A program made the position numbers and the translations under genes. The notes beneath the pieces are model-generated. The model did not search any database. It was not told the DNA's origin and saw only the letters and a list, made by a program, of their open reading frames with translations. Shown here one piece after another: positions 19,213 through 27,897 of a DNA stretch of 32,000 bases. Positions within the stretch are counted from its first letter, which is position 1; the number at the start of each line of letters is the position of its first letter. Location of the stretch: the NCBI RefSeq assembly GCF_000186885.1, contig NC_014972.1, positions 180,001 to 212,000 of the forward strand. The letters are read 5' to 3'. Source of the stretch: Desulfobulbus propionicus DSM 2032. GTDB taxonomy: Bacteria; Desulfobacterota; Desulfobulbia; Desulfobulbales; Desulfobulbaceae.

Positions 19213-21135
19213 CTACCAGCGCCTCCTTTTTGAAGCGGGTTGTACGGGCTGCACCTCATGCTCTTCCAGTTCGGGCTTCCAGTCGCGGATACCCATGATG
19301 TCGATCGCCGCCATGCCGTAGACCGAGATGTCCCAGTCGTGATTGTCCTTGCCGTCCGGGCAGATCCAGTAGCCCCGGTCGTCCTGGTACTCGGCGCACA
19401 TCTGGGCCGCGTAGTCCTTGCCGATCTCCGCATGCAAACGCATTGCGCCCGGGTCGCCCGGCTCCACCGCCAGGGTGGTGGCCAGGTCGTTTTTGTAGTG
19501 GGTGACGTTCAGGGTGTAGAGGTTGAGACCACCGGCAATGGGTATCTTCTTGCCGGAGCGTGACGGCAGGTACTCAAGGCGGGTGATGCTCCAGGGCAGA
19601 CTTTGGGTCCTGCGGCCTTTGATCGGGGAAAAAATTGGGTGTTTTTTGCAAAAGAGATAGACTTCGCGGGTCCGGCTGTGCTTGGGATGGTAGGGGTCGG
19701 TGCCACCACCGGAATCGATCCAGGCGGCGGCAATTCGGTATACGTTGCCATCGGCGTCCTTCCAGTCCTTTTCGGCCAGGTCCACCAGGTTGCCGAATTC
19801 GCGCACCATGCCGCGATCGATCACGCTGATGCTCATGTCCTCGCCCCAACCGCAGGCCCAGACCTGATAGCGGAAGCCATACTTCTGGGTGTCGACCAGG
19901 AGCAGCAGGCAGGAGGTCTCCCCGGGGACTGCGCGCCGGGGCAGGCTCTCATCCTTCAACCTGAGGATGTACTCTTCGTCGCGGTCCTTGATTTCGGCCT
20001 GGTAGTCGTTAGCCTCGACACCATTGGCCCAGGCGATTTTATCGGTGAGCTTGCCTGCCAGGTTCTTCAGCCAGGCCACGCCGATCTCCCTGAGCGTGAC
20101 GTCAAGGCAGTCCCAGGCGCGGTGGATGAAACCAACCCGCTCGGGCCGTGGCAATTCGCCGCCCTTGATCGCCACCCAGGCGCCGCCGCGAATGGCGTGG
20201 ATGCGTCCCTGCTCATCCATCTCGGCGCCGCAGAGATGGCAGGCGAGGATGACGCCGTCAGATTCGATCTGTTCAATGGTCGATTTGTCGTCGATCCCTA
20301 GATGTTCGCCTTCCGGTCGGATCAGCTCGCTGCAGTGGGGACAGCGCAGCCGGTATTCCCAGATCTGGTGGCAGGCCGCGACACCTTTGCGAATGAAGCG
20401 GCCGGCAGGGGTGGAGCAGAAAAACATCTTGGAACGGCCGCGGAAAGTACGGGCACGTTTACGGATAAGGGTGATGGGATCGGACTCACTGCCGGCCTGC
20501 TCCGGGTATTTGTCGACCTCGTCGCCGAAACAGCACTGGGCCGACCAGGTGGCCATGGCCTGGGGGCTGCCGGACCAGGAGGGCCGAATAACCTTGCCGT
20601 TGACCAGACGGATGCGGGTGATGGCGGTATCATCCTTGCGCGGGCTGAGGTAGCCGCGCAGATGCGGCGAGCCTTCGAGCATCGGCCGCAGTTTTTGATC
20701 GACGATGTTTTTTGCCGTCTCCTCGGAGGGCATCAGATAAAAGATGTCGCCGGCAAGCTGCTCGATCGACCAGGCCAGGCAGTTGGTGAGGGTGATGGTC
20801 TTGCCGGATTGATCCACCCCGCAGTACCAGATCTCGCGTACCCACTGGTGCCCAAAGATGATCAGGATTTTAGCGGTGTGGGGGGCGTGTTCGCGCCGCC
20901 AAGGACCGGGATGGGCGCCATCGGTGACAACACGGTACCGCTCGGCGAACTCCAGAGGACTAATACGCGGGGGTGAGGCGACGAACCGGCGCAGGTGCTT
21001 CGGAAAGGTGATGACCGGGCAACGATCAGAGGTGACGCTACGGCCGGAAAGCCGACGACGGACACTGGCAGGCGCACAGGGGTACAGCCTGAACACCGGG
21101 GCGGCGAACGCCAGTTGTCGGGCTGTCTCGGGCAT
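19213..21135 (-). CDS. Terminase large subunit, GpA family
   Basis: WYCGVDQSGKTITLTNCLAWSIEQLAGDIFYLMPSEETAKN, CFGDEVDKYPE, FFCSTPAGRFIRKG, CPHCSELIRPEG; true start may be downstream of the ORF start. Confidence 0.93.
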   Translation of the reverse strand: MPETARQLAFAAPVFRLYPCAPASVRRRLSGRSVTSDRCPVITFPKHLRRFVASPPRISPLEFAERYRVVTDGAHPGPWRREHAPHTAKILIIFGHQWVREIWYCGVDQSGKTITLTNCLAWSIEQLAGDIFYLMPSEETAKNIVDQKLRPMLEGSPHLRGYLSPRKDDTAITRIRLVNGKVIRPSWSGSPQAMATWSAQCCFGDEVDKYPEQAGSESDPITLIRKRARTFRGRSKMFFCSTPAGRFIRKGVAACHQIWEYRLRCPHCSELIRPEGEHLGIDDKSTIEQIESDGVILACHLCGAEMDEQGRIHAIRGGAWVAIKGGELPRPERVGFIHRAWDCLDVTLREIGVAWLKNLAGKLTDKIAWANGVEANDYQAEIKDRDEEYILRLKDESLPRRAVPGETSCLLLLVDTQKYGFRYQVWACGWGEDMSISVIDRGMVREFGNLVDLAEKDWKDADGNVYRIAAAWIDSGGGTDPYHPKHSRTREVYLFCKKHPIFSPIKGRRTQSLPWSITRLEYLPSRSGKKIPIAGGLNLYTLNVTHYKNDLATTLAVEPGDPGAMRLHAEIGKDYAAQMCAEYQDDRGYWICPDGKDNHDWDISVYGMAAIDIMGIRDWKPELEEHEVQPVQPASKRRRW

Positions 21136-21260
21136 GTTTCACCGTGAGAGAGGGCGCCGCCGGAAGGGTTGGAGCAGAAGGCCTTCCGGCGGCCAAGGAG
21201 CGACGCGCAAACCAGTGGTTCACGCGCCTATCCTACACGGTGTTTTTGGCAGTTTTGCAA

Positions 21261-21340
21261 ATGTCGGCAAATGTCGGCAAATGTCGGCAGATGTCGGAAT
21301 ATTTCCGCAAATGTCGGCAAATGTTTGGATTTATCGGTTG
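21261..21340. repeat. 10-bp-phased direct repeat array (consensus ATGTCGGCAA)
   Basis: ATGTCGGCAA ATGTCGGCAA ATGTCGGCAG ATGTCGGAAT ATTTCCGCAA ATGTCGGCAA ATGTTTGGAT TTATCGGTTG: eight consecutive 10-bp units, five near-perfect. Confidence 0.9.
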
Positions 21341-22089
21341 ACGTCCATTGAAACGTCCATAATCCAGTATACTCCGCCGATCTTCCGCAAGGTGTAGCCC
21401 AGGTTGCGCAGCTCGGCGCCCAGCTGTCGCGGTTGTTTTTTTTCTCCATGGCCAACAAGATCGGCCAGCCAGCGGTTGATGGCCTCGACCGCCCGCGACA
21501 GCCGCACCCGCTCGCCGGGTGCGGCGGCAAGGCACTGCTGGCAGAAGTCGCGCACCAGCGTGTCGGCCAGGGACGAGGCGGGGTGCTCAAGCTCGGCAAT
21601 CATATCGGCGAGATCGATCCCGGTCACGCGCTGCAGCACTCGCAGCGAGGTGGAGGTCGGCCGCAACACCACCTTGGTCAGGTCAAGCTGATAGCGAATA
21701 TCAAGCCCGCCGGGAGAGACCGGGCCGCGATGGTAAAAGATGTCGGTCTTGCGGCCGCCGTCGTCCTGGCTGTAGCTGCCGGTCTTGCGGATGGAGGGGA
21801 GGACCTCTTCGTAGATCCAGGCCTCAAACTTTTCCGCAGCCGGGAGCTTTGAGTGAGCGACCAGGCGGTAGAGGTTCGGCTCGTTGATGATACGAATTTC
21901 CTGGATACCTCCAGCTGTTCGAAGGGGGTAGTGTTTCACGACCCCCTTGCAATGTCTTGAAATCGCATCTTTTGTGTTGGCATATCCCAACAATTCGGCC
22001 ACGTCCTTGGCTACAAACCAGGGGGCATTATCGATGGTCAGGGTCCGGACCATTGAATCGTTGAAACAGAAGGGGGTAATTTCAGGCAT
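21331..22089 (-). CDS. Antirepressor with BRO-N domain (ant1)
   Basis: MVRTLTIDNAPWFVAKDVAELLGYANTKDAI...HSKLPAAEKFEAWIYEEVLPSIRKTGSY is the BRO-N signature. RBS TTGGAGGACCACC before the ATG; start overlaps the stop of the upstream ORF. Confidence 0.88.
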   Translation of the reverse strand: MPEITPFCFNDSMVRTLTIDNAPWFVAKDVAELLGYANTKDAISRHCKGVVKHYPLRTAGGIQEIRIINEPNLYRLVAHSKLPAAEKFEAWIYEEVLPSIRKTGSYSQDDGGRKTDIFYHRGPVSPGGLDIRYQLDLTKVVLRPTSTSLRVLQRVTGIDLADMIAELEHPASSLADTLVRDFCQQCLAAAPGERVRLSRAVEAINRWLADLVGHGEKKQPRQLGAELRNLGYTLRKIGGVYWIMDVSMDVNR

Positions 22090-22399
22090 GGTGGTCCTCC
22101 AACTGGGCAATGACCATAGCCAGGGAGCGGGCAATGACGCCACGAGGGCCGACCATGTCGGAGGTTTCCTTGAGATGGGTGCAAAGATAATCGAGCGTGG
22201 CCAGAGCGCCGTGCGCGGCGATGCCGGTGCGTAGCTCGGCATTTAATCGCTTTCGGGCTGCGGGCAACTGCTCCCTGGCCTCGGCAACCAGGTGGCGCAG
22301 CAGCGGGTTGGGGTGGCGGCGGGAGTCGTGTTCAGGAAAGGACGGCGGGGCGGGAATGGCGGCGGGTCTGCGCCCGCCCTTGATCAGGGTGAGATGCAT
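22082..22399 (-). CDS. Small antirepressor-module protein, copy 1
   Basis: MHLTLIKGGRR...EAREQLPAARKRLNAE...LDYLCTHLKE...VGPRGVIARSLAMVIAQLEDHHA; clear paralogue of 27891..28211. Confidence 0.8.
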   Translation of the reverse strand: MHLTLIKGGRRPAAIPAPPSFPEHDSRRHPNPLLRHLVAEAREQLPAARKRLNAELRTGIAAHGALATLDYLCTHLKETSDMVGPRGVIARSLAMVIAQLEDHHA

Positions 22400-22556
22400 G
22401 GTGGTGCTCCGTGAGATGAGGTTGACCACCCCTGCGCTGCTAAACGCAAAAAGGGCGGCGATATGCGGGTTAGCAGACCGGCCTCACGGAACCGGCAGGG
22501 GTTCCCCCCTCCCGCACACCACCACCCAAGCAAGAGCAATGCTGTGCTGTGGACGC

Positions 22557-22670
22557 AAAAAAACCGCCAAAATGAAACCTGACGTTACTAAAAGTAAAGT
22601 CAAGTGCAAGGCGGGGCATCCGCCGCGAGGTTCGGGCTGCTAAACCCGGCCACGGATTTTGCCGTGACAG
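22557..22670 (-). ncRNA. C4-like antisense RNA, copy 1
   Basis: Minus strand: H1 CACGG-CAAAAT-CCGTG (22666-22651), H2 CGGG-TTTAGCAG-CCCG (22648-22633), H3 GGCGG-ATGCC-CCGCC (22624-22610), then GGCGG+T7 (22568-22557). Loop TTTAGCAG pairs with downstream CTGCTAA (target 22476-22466); GGATGC pairs with GCGTCC (22556-22551) using one G-U. Confidence 0.82.
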
Positions 22671-22675
22671 CTTGA

Positions 22676-22704
22676 GCATTGCACACCCCACCAAACTCTG
22701 TCAA
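22676..22704 (-). promoter_or_regulatory. Candidate promoter for module 1 leader
   Basis: TTGACA (22704-22699), 17-bp spacer, weak -10 CAATGC. Confidence 0.5.
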
Positions 22705-22998
22705 TCTTTTTCTCAACATGGTTGCCTCCATAATCGTTCGTGTTCATGGTCGCCATCCCGCCGAAGGCAAGAATGGCCTGCATGAACCCGGATAGACGGG
22801 GAGTTCATATGTGTAGAGTTTATCACGGCCAAAACGGGATTTTCCTCGAAAAAACAGCCAATAGTCAGCGTGATAGGATCGAGGGGCAGAGGATACGGTT
22901 TCATGCTATCCAGGGTCGTCTCTGTCATCGTTGATCCCCATGAAACGATTTTTCAACATTTTATGTTGGTCTGTTTTCGCATCACTTCCCCAAAACAA

Positions 22999-23028
22999 TT
23001 GACACCCACCCCATCCTGTGGGCACAAT
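22999..23028 (+). promoter_or_regulatory. Candidate promoter for the 23121 gene
   Basis: TTGACA, 18-bp spacer, CACAAT; the -10 overlaps a perfect 10-bp repeat. Confidence 0.5.
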
Positions 23029-23120
23029 GAAACGATATTTACAGGAAAAATATGGGCACAATAGGGAGATGAAGGTGTGGTTTGACCTCTGTGCATTGCC
23101 TTGATAACAAGGAGTATATC

Positions 23121-23288
23121 ATGAACAATGGAAACGGATTTACCACCCAGGACGCAGGAACTGATTCCTCAAGGAGTTCGACACCACAAACCATAGATGT
23201 TCCGTCAGTCAATCCCGGGACAAACTCCACCCCTCAGAATGCAGGCGATACAGGAGGGGCACCACCCCCTCCTGTGGATGACGACTGA
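23121..23288 (+). CDS. Small, probably disordered protein (moron candidate)
   Basis: MNNGNGFTTQDAGTDSSRSSTPQTIDVPSVNPGTNSTPQNAGDTGGAPPPPVDDD; in-frame ATG preceded by AAGGAG; own promoter, opposite to late genes. The start position was judged from sequence around 23121. Confidence 0.55.
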   Translation: MNNGNGFTTQDAGTDSSRSSTPQTIDVPSVNPGTNSTPQNAGDTGGAPPPPVDDD

Positions 23289-23298
23289 GTTGTGGCAA

Positions 23299-23922
23299 CT
23301 ATCTTTTCTTTTTAAAACGGATCATCACTCTTGAAATTTCGCTGGCAGGCACATAGGTCAACCTATCTCCCCAATCGGCATCGCGCACTGTTGTCATTTC
23401 TTTTGTCGTCCCATCGGTTTTTCTGATGGATGTTACATACAAAGCTATGTTGCCATCGTTATCTGTATAATATTTCGGAAAGGCGGCATCCCCGAACGAT
23501 TGAACATTATTGCATATCAGAGCGGATCCGTCCTTCAACAGCACCTTGACCTGCGTTGGCCCCGCGTGCGTACATTGAGTGATTCCAGTCCATACATTTG
23601 GTATACCGTCTTCATTGAGCACACCTGCATTTTGGAAAATGGTATTTGTCAACGGCTTACCGACTTTTCTCCACAAACAAGAAATGACGACCACGGAAAC
23701 AACTGCAATAATTGCCGGTATCAAAAAATACGAAAAAAAGGGTTTCACAAGATCAAAGGCGACATACCCGAAGAGACCGAACACTATGATTCCGTAGAGC
23801 AGTTCGTCTTTTCGCTCCTTGTCCCGCAATCCGGATCTCGCTATGGAATGACCGATATAACCGGTTGCGATCACAATTTGAATATACTCGGGCAGGTTTA
23901 GTAAATTTTCAATGTCGTTCAT
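23299..23922 (-). CDS. Membrane protein with C-terminal soluble domain, weakly DUF6338-like (moron candidate)
   Basis: Two hydrophobic stretches (LLYGIIVFGLFGYVAF, YFLIPAIIAVVSVVVISCLW) then VLLKDGSALICNNVQSFG... ; convergent to the 23121 gene; RBS GGAG before the ATG at 23922. Confidence 0.65.
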   Translation of the reverse strand: MNDIENLLNLPEYIQIVIATGYIGHSIARSGLRDKERKDELLYGIIVFGLFGYVAFDLVKPFFSYFLIPAIIAVVSVVVISCLWRKVGKPLTNTIFQNAGVLNEDGIPNVWTGITQCTHAGPTQVKVLLKDGSALICNNVQSFGDAAFPKYYTDNDGNIALYVTSIRKTDGTTKEMTTVRDADWGDRLTYVPASEISRVMIRFKKKR

Positions 23923-24072
23923 AATCCACTCCAGATACCCAGTCATTTTTTTCAGTTAGGATGCCCATCTCTCCACGCTACGATGGAAAGCACCACTGAA
24001 CCATCATACACAAGGAGAAGAGCAATGGGAAAAGAGGAACTCTAACTGCTGGACAAGATTCTCGGTATGTAC

Positions 24073-24174
24073 TCACGGCTGCTCCAACCACTCGGGAACA
24101 TAAGCGACCTTTAACCGCACAGCCGCCTTGCTGGTGAAACCAATGGGCAGGAGGATGAAACCGTCCTTGGTCAT
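24073..24174 (-). CDS. 33-aa ORF, ATGA-coupled to the HTH gene
   Basis: MTKDGFILLPIGFTSKAAVRLKVAYVPEWLEQP; its ATG overlaps the upstream TGA. Confidence 0.35.
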   Translation of the reverse strand: MTKDGFILLPIGFTSKAAVRLKVAYVPEWLEQP

Positions 24175-24400
24175 CTGCCCTCAAGATTTACCACCGACGT
24201 ATGAGCGCCTGCATACAATCGTCGTTGCCAGCTAGCCAGAGCCTCCTTGTCGGCGCAGATACGGGCCCCAGGCCGCTCCTGGTACACCGGCATATCGCTA
24301 TGGTCTTCCATCCAACCCCGCACGGTTCGTTCGGAGACGCGCAAAAACGCGGCTACTTCCTTCATCCCGATCAACACCGCCTCATTCTCGCTCATCGCCA
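24171..24400 (-). CDS. HTH_17/excisionase-like DNA-binding protein
   Basis: VLIGMKEVAAFLRVSERTVRGWMEDHSDMPVYQERPGARICADKEALASWQRR is a winged-helix/MerR-like motif. Exact start between 24390 and 24455 not certain. Confidence 0.75.
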
Positions 24401-24975
24401 TCCTCCTCTGTCTGTTCGAACTCACCGGCATCGATGCGCATGCCGGACAATTCACCGTAGGCCCGGTTGATCACCAATTCCAAAATCTTGTCCGCCACCA
24501 ACGGTCCCTGGTGGTAGTCCCCACCGGCCTCGAGGACAATCTCGGTGGCCGCAATGCGGGTAAAATGCTCAAGATTGCCGCGGAGCATGTTGTATCCGGC
24601 AAGCAGCTGCGCCCAGTGGTCCTCGATTCGCATCCATCCACGATCTTCCGCCCTGGCCTTGATGGCAAGGCGGTCGACCTCGAGTTCCAGCTTGCGCAAC
24701 TCAAGCCGGTCTTTTTCCTGTTTCCTGTCGACCAGGTCAAGATCGACCACGGGTGCTTCCCCCATGGCCTTCAGCAAATATTCGGCCACCGATGCCCGCG
24801 AAACGCTCTTGTCGGGAAAGACGAGATACTTGCCGGCAACGCCGTCGTCGTAGAACTTGCGCTGCGACAGGGCCACGCCCCTGCCCCTGAGCTGTTCCCC
24901 TACCCAGCGCCAGGCGGCTGATCGGTTTTTGAACCTTTCCCGCGGTTGACCGGCCACAGTATCATCAATGGCCAT
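24382..24975 (-). CDS. Terminase small subunit-like (Nu1-like) protein
   Basis: RSAAWRWVGEQLRGRGVALSQRKFYDD...VSRASVAEYLLKAMGE...RKQEKDRLELRKLELEVDRLAIKARAEDRGWM. Confidence 0.65.
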   Translation of the reverse strand: MAIDDTVAGQPRERFKNRSAAWRWVGEQLRGRGVALSQRKFYDDGVAGKYLVFPDKSVSRASVAEYLLKAMGEAPVVDLDLVDRKQEKDRLELRKLELEVDRLAIKARAEDRGWMRIEDHWAQLLAGYNMLRGNLEHFTRIAATEIVLEAGGDYHQGPLVADKILELVINRAYGELSGMRIDAGEFEQTEEDGDERE

Positions 24976-25083
24976 GATCAGCGGTTATCCCGGACAGTTC
25001 TGGTTGCTTTTTGCAGGGCTCTTGCCCGGGTCTTGATTCCTGCCATATAATCCTGGCCAAGGTCGATCGTGCCCAGCCGTCCT

Positions 25084-25302
25084 TTACGCGTCGCCGACAA
25101 TGAAATCTGGATTGGTTGCCTTGATTGCAACCGTACAACATTTTTCCCCATCGATTTGTCTCCTTGTCTTCCAGGCTAGTTCCGTTTCAACCAATCGCTT
25201 TTCACATTCGGGACAAAGGCTGCCATCACCCTCATGGTCAACGATTCCAACAGTCGATAATCGTCCACACCCGGCACAGAGAATTTGTATGGTTCCTTTC
25301 AT
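25084..25302 (-). CDS. Small zinc-ribbon protein
   Basis: CAGCGRLSTVG...GSLCPECEKR, two CXXC pairs. Confidence 0.6.
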   Translation of the reverse strand: MKGTIQILCAGCGRLSTVGIVDHEGDGSLCPECEKRLVETELAWKTRRQIDGEKCCTVAIKATNPDFIVGDA

Positions 25303-26249
25303 GCTTCCCGGTGAACAATGCCCACCTGCCCCTGGAGAATCTTGAGGGCAAAGTCGGCCAGCTGATCGCGGATGAGGTCATGCTCAAAACTACTTTCCAT
25401 AACAAGCCCAGACGTTGGGACTTTTTCCCACCCTTCCAGATCCTCAAGGCGTTTCTCCAGTTCGGACACCCGATTGGCGAGGACCGTGCTTTCAGCAGTC
25501 AGCCGCTCAGCGTTTTGTAGGAGGGTGGTTTTTTCAGCCTCTAGGCCGGAAAACGTTTCCGTCACCATTTCTGGTACCAAGGCCACATCGCAGGCTCCGT
25601 CGAAACCGGAATCAAGGCTTTCGCCAATTTTCAGAAGAAATGACCAATATTGATCAGCCTCCTCGGCCCGTTTTTTCCTCAATTCTTGCTCTTCGATAAG
25701 CTGGCCGCTCAGCGTTTGAACCTCTGCAGCCAGTTCGTCGCATCGTCGCGCCAGTTCCTGCTTCTCTTCATCAACGGAACCCGCGGCTGGCAGGCAGTGC
25801 GGCAGCATCTTGCGCAAGGCCTTTTCCACCGCTTCCGGCCGGTTGGCCATGGCGCCAAAGAGGTTGCCACAACTGGTACAAACGAGATCGCCATGCAATC
25901 TGGTGAGGGTCATGTTTTCGCGTCCGCAGTTTTCGCATGTTCCGTCGTGTTTTTTTCCGCCCATTTCCAGCTCCCTTTTGCATTGTGCCGAGCCACGCTC
26001 GGTCTTCAAAATTTCCAGGTCCACCACCTGTAGCTCAGGTGGCCTTTCTTTCCCCAGGCATTGCAGACAACGGCTCAGCCGGACCGCCGCCAGGGGTAAT
26101 CCATCGCTGTTTTTCACCGCCTCATGGGCCTGTGCCAGTGCTTCCGCACAGGCCTGGGCGAAGCCGTGCTCCGTCATCCGCACCGGCAGCCCCCTTGTGA
26201 CCGGGCAGACGGCCCGCACTTCAATGTCGTTACGCACCGCCTCAGACAT
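25299..26249 (-). CDS. Zinc-ribbon and coiled-coil early phage protein of unknown function
   Basis: CENCGRENMTLTRLHGDLVCTSCGN zinc ribbon then long coiled coil; overlaps the next gene. Confidence 0.6.
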   Translation of the reverse strand: MSEAVRNDIEVRAVCPVTRGLPVRMTEHGFAQACAEALAQAHEAVKNSDGLPLAAVRLSRCLQCLGKERPPELQVVDLEILKTERGSAQCKRELEMGGKKHDGTCENCGRENMTLTRLHGDLVCTSCGNLFGAMANRPEAVEKALRKMLPHCLPAAGSVDEEKQELARRCDELAAEVQTLSGQLIEEQELRKKRAEEADQYWSFLLKIGESLDSGFDGACDVALVPEMVTETFSGLEAEKTTLLQNAERLTAESTVLANRVSELEKRLEDLEGWEKVPTSGLVMESSFEHDLIRDQLADFALKILQGQVGIVHREA

Positions 26250-26454
26250 ACACCGGCCCCATGCCGACCTCGATAAACGCTTCGTTGAGCACCGCCATCG
26301 GTGAGCGGTGCGTCATGTGCCATCCGCCGCAGGCGGGACATTGATAGGGTTTGACCCGCACGCCCTTGCGGTTGAGTTCGATGGCCCGGCGGGTTGCCGC
26401 TTCCCGGCTGGCGTATCGTTTCTTGTCCCGGCAGGATTTCTTGATTTTCGTCAT
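26242..26454 (-). CDS. Small zinc-binding phage protein
   Basis: MTKIKKSCRDKKRYASREAATRRAIELNRKGVRVKPYQCPACGGWHMTHRSP. Confidence 0.65.
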   Translation of the reverse strand: MTKIKKSCRDKKRYASREAATRRAIELNRKGVRVKPYQCPACGGWHMTHRSPMAVLNEAFIEVGMGPVYV

Positions 26455-26455
26455 G

Positions 26456-27897
26456 TTACGCCGCATCGGTGACCTCGCTTTGCAGTTGTATAAGCGCGTC
26501 AGCGCCAATGTATCGACCGCGCGGGAGCCGCTCCAGGAAATCGGCCACCGCACCGCCGCCGTACATGATCCGGGTGATTTGCCCACGCCGCATAAACGCA
26601 TCCAGGGTGTCCGCATCGCGCCGGAACCGAACCACCAGCTCACCATGGGGAGCGCGCCCGTACCACACCGCACCGGATTCAGTGCGCAGCAGTTCGGCAA
26701 AGGCCTCGATATCGTCCAGGGGCAGCGCTGAAGAGGGGAAGAAATCTCCACCCCCATTCCCCGGCGAGCGCTGCTCAGGGGACAAGGAGCGGTCCTGGCA
26801 AATGGGCGGGGGGCAGGCCACCACTGGCGGCAGGCCGGATTCCACCCACTGGCGCAGGTCGCCGCCATGGTCGCGGACAAAATCCCCCGGGTCCTTGCCG
26901 GCCGGCATCGGCCAGAACCGCGCTTGGCGGAAACTCCGGCGCCACCGCTTGACCGCGGCCGGGCCGGCACCCAGCTTGCCGTCCCTGGCCGGATCCGCGT
27001 CCAGGGCCACCAGGATCACGGGGCACTCTTCCAGCTCGGCCCGCAGGCCGGCATCAATCCCGCCGGCCACCGTGCCCAGGGCCACCACCAGCACCTCCCC
27101 GTGGGCAGCGGCCACGGCCATGGCATCCAGTTCGGCCTCGACGATCACCGCCCCGCGAATCGAACCGGAAGGCCGCAACACCATGGGCAGGTTGCCGCTG
27201 CCCTTGATCCACACATACTTGCGGTCGGACAAAAACTTCTCCCGCGCCGCCGGCGTCCTCCGGATCCGCAACCGATGCAGTTCGCCATGGCCATCAAAAA
27301 TCGGAATCACCAGCCCGCCGGGCACCCACAACCGTTCCTTGCCTTCCTCGAGCGGCAAGCCCAGCTCGCGTCGATCCACCCGCAGGTCATGCGCCAGCCA
27401 CCCCAGTTGGTATTGATCGACCTGGGCGGTGCCGATGCCACGGCTCTCCAGCCAGCGGATCTCCTCCGGTTCCCTGGTCAAGGCCTGCCGGGCCTTCTCC
27501 ACCAGCTTCCCGGCCCAGGCGCTCCATGCGCTCCCCGGATGGGCGGCGGTCAGCTCGGCAAGGCCGTCCGGCCTGCCACCAACCTGCGGTCGCACCGACC
27601 GGGGCCGTCGTTTCACCGGTTCGCCGTTGCGGCACGGGCCGTAGTTCGGGCAGGAAGGGGAACAATCCTTGCCCTCGGCATCGTGGGCCTCACGGCAGCT
27701 CATGCCATCCATCTCCCGCAGCCACTTGATGCGATCGCCCTTGAAGCCGCAGGCAAAGCAGCGAAATCCACCATCGGTAAACAGCACGAACTTGTCCGAG
27801 TCCTTTGAACCGCCGCACTTTGGGCACGGGCCGGTATGCCGGTTGCCGCTCTTGCGCAGGCCATGCTTGGCTGCTATTTCGTGATTGGCGCTATGCA
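26456..27897 (-). CDS. DnaG/TOPRIM-type primase-like protein
   Basis: MHSANHEIAAKHGLRKSGNRHTGPCPKCGGSKDSDKFVLFTDGGFRCFACGFKGDRIKWL (CHC2-like zinc domain), VIVEAELDAMAVAAAHG and VILVALDADPARDGK (TOPRIM). Confidence 0.85.

Noticed and set aside
21258-21340. CRISPR array
   Set aside because: Units are 10 bp with no spacers and there are no cas genes.
26469-27808. Plus-strand ORFs 26469-27416 and 26867-27808
   Set aside because: They are antisense to the primase-like gene, with low-complexity Arg/Pro/Ser composition.
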